From assembly GCA_028711115.1 (NCBI GenBank), contig JAQTSV010000001.1, positions 134,032 to 198,031 on the forward strand: 64,000 nucleotides of DNA, read 5' to 3'. The DNA is from Candidatus Omnitrophota bacterium (GTDB taxonomy: Bacteria; Omnitrophota; Gorgyraeia; Velamenicoccales; JABMQK01). Below the pieces are notes generated by a model. The model searched no databases. It was not told the origin of the DNA and worked only from the letters and a program-made list of their open reading frames with translations. Positions 63,710 through 64,000 of this stretch are shown here, in pieces. The translations under genes and the position numbers were made by a program. Position 1 is the first letter of the stretch, and every line of letters begins with the position of its first letter.

Positions 63710-64000
63710 ATGTTTTTAATAAGAAAGACAGATGTCAGCAAATCGTTTATCCTCAGTTACGCCGCTATATTCTCCCATCTTAGAAGGTCGGAAAAAAACT
63801 TAATAGCCAAAAAGAGCGAAGTTGTAAGTTATAAAAAAGGAAATTTGATTTATCGGCAGGGGGAGCCTTCGGATGCTTTCTATTGCGTTATCAGCGGAAG
63901 AGTGAAGATGTCAAGATTCCAAGATAACAGAGAAACGGTATTGGAGTTTTTGACCTGTGGAATGTATTTTGGAATCAGTTCGTTATTAACAACCCAGACG
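63710..64000 (+). CDS. cyclic-nucleotide-binding domain protein (Crp/Fnr-type), 5' partial at window end
   Basis: My own translation from ATG 63710 runs open to the window end (97 codons). It reads MFLIRKTD...YKKGNLIYRQGEPSDAFYCVISGRVKM...FGISSLL, a typical CNB beta-roll. It is absent from the ORF track because no stop codon falls in the window. Confidence 0.7.
   Translation, partial: MFLIRKTDVSKSFILSYAAIFSHLRRSEKNLIAKKSEVVSYKKGNLIYRQGEPSDAFYCVISGRVKMSRFQDNRETVLEFLTCGMYFGISSLLTTQT

Overview
Gene-dense, AT-rich bacterial chromosome segment. It is almost entirely plus-strand, with frequent AAGGAGG-type ribosome binding sites and many overlapping stop/start junctions. The source is probably an uncultivated lineage, and I cannot place it taxonomically from sequence alone. 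Most of the window is housekeeping: pyrimidine synthesis genes (pyrK, pyrD, pyrF) interrupted by two secreted hypothetical proteins and a half-size TauE-like membrane protein; a complete bacterial A/V-type ATPase operon (G/H-like, I, K, E, C, F, A, B, D; 5.0-13.2 kb); pABA, folate and purine genes (pabB, pabC, purH, folC, folE); mnmE, accA, two EndoIII-type glycosylases, and an ATP-grasp plus lysine 2,3-aminomutase pair; and a PadR-headed lipid activation/export cluster (acyl-CoA synthetase, MMPL/RND, LolA-like, outer-membrane barrel, LpxL-like). The clear accessory region is 13.2-18.3 kb. It holds tRNA-Val and tRNA-Asp bracketing a GxxExxY (PD-(D/E)XK) cassette that has its own 14-nt inverted repeats. 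Next come an EcoRI-family N6-adenine methyltransferase abutting a DUF262-HNH nuclease, a ~430-nt non-coding spacer with a perfect palindrome and an intrinsic terminator, and an AT-richer two-gene cassette. That cassette is a 280-aa protein with class III nucleotidyl-cyclase-like motifs plus a 65-aa two-helix membrane protein, and it is my best candidate for an undescribed defence-type system. Other unusual items: (1) a canonical EF-G fused to a ~340-aa N-terminal membrane anchor, coiled coil and Pro-rich linker; (2) an EF-G-2-type paralog (catalytic His replaced by Tyr) whose stop overlaps the start of a P-loop-degenerate YchF-like protein; (3) a heptanucleotide tandem repeat array inside folC; (4) a promoter-leader-terminator arrangement directly before the ATP-grasp/kamA pair. 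I saw no rRNA, CRISPR array, transposase or integrase. All family calls rest on motif recognition by eye, since no searches could be run.
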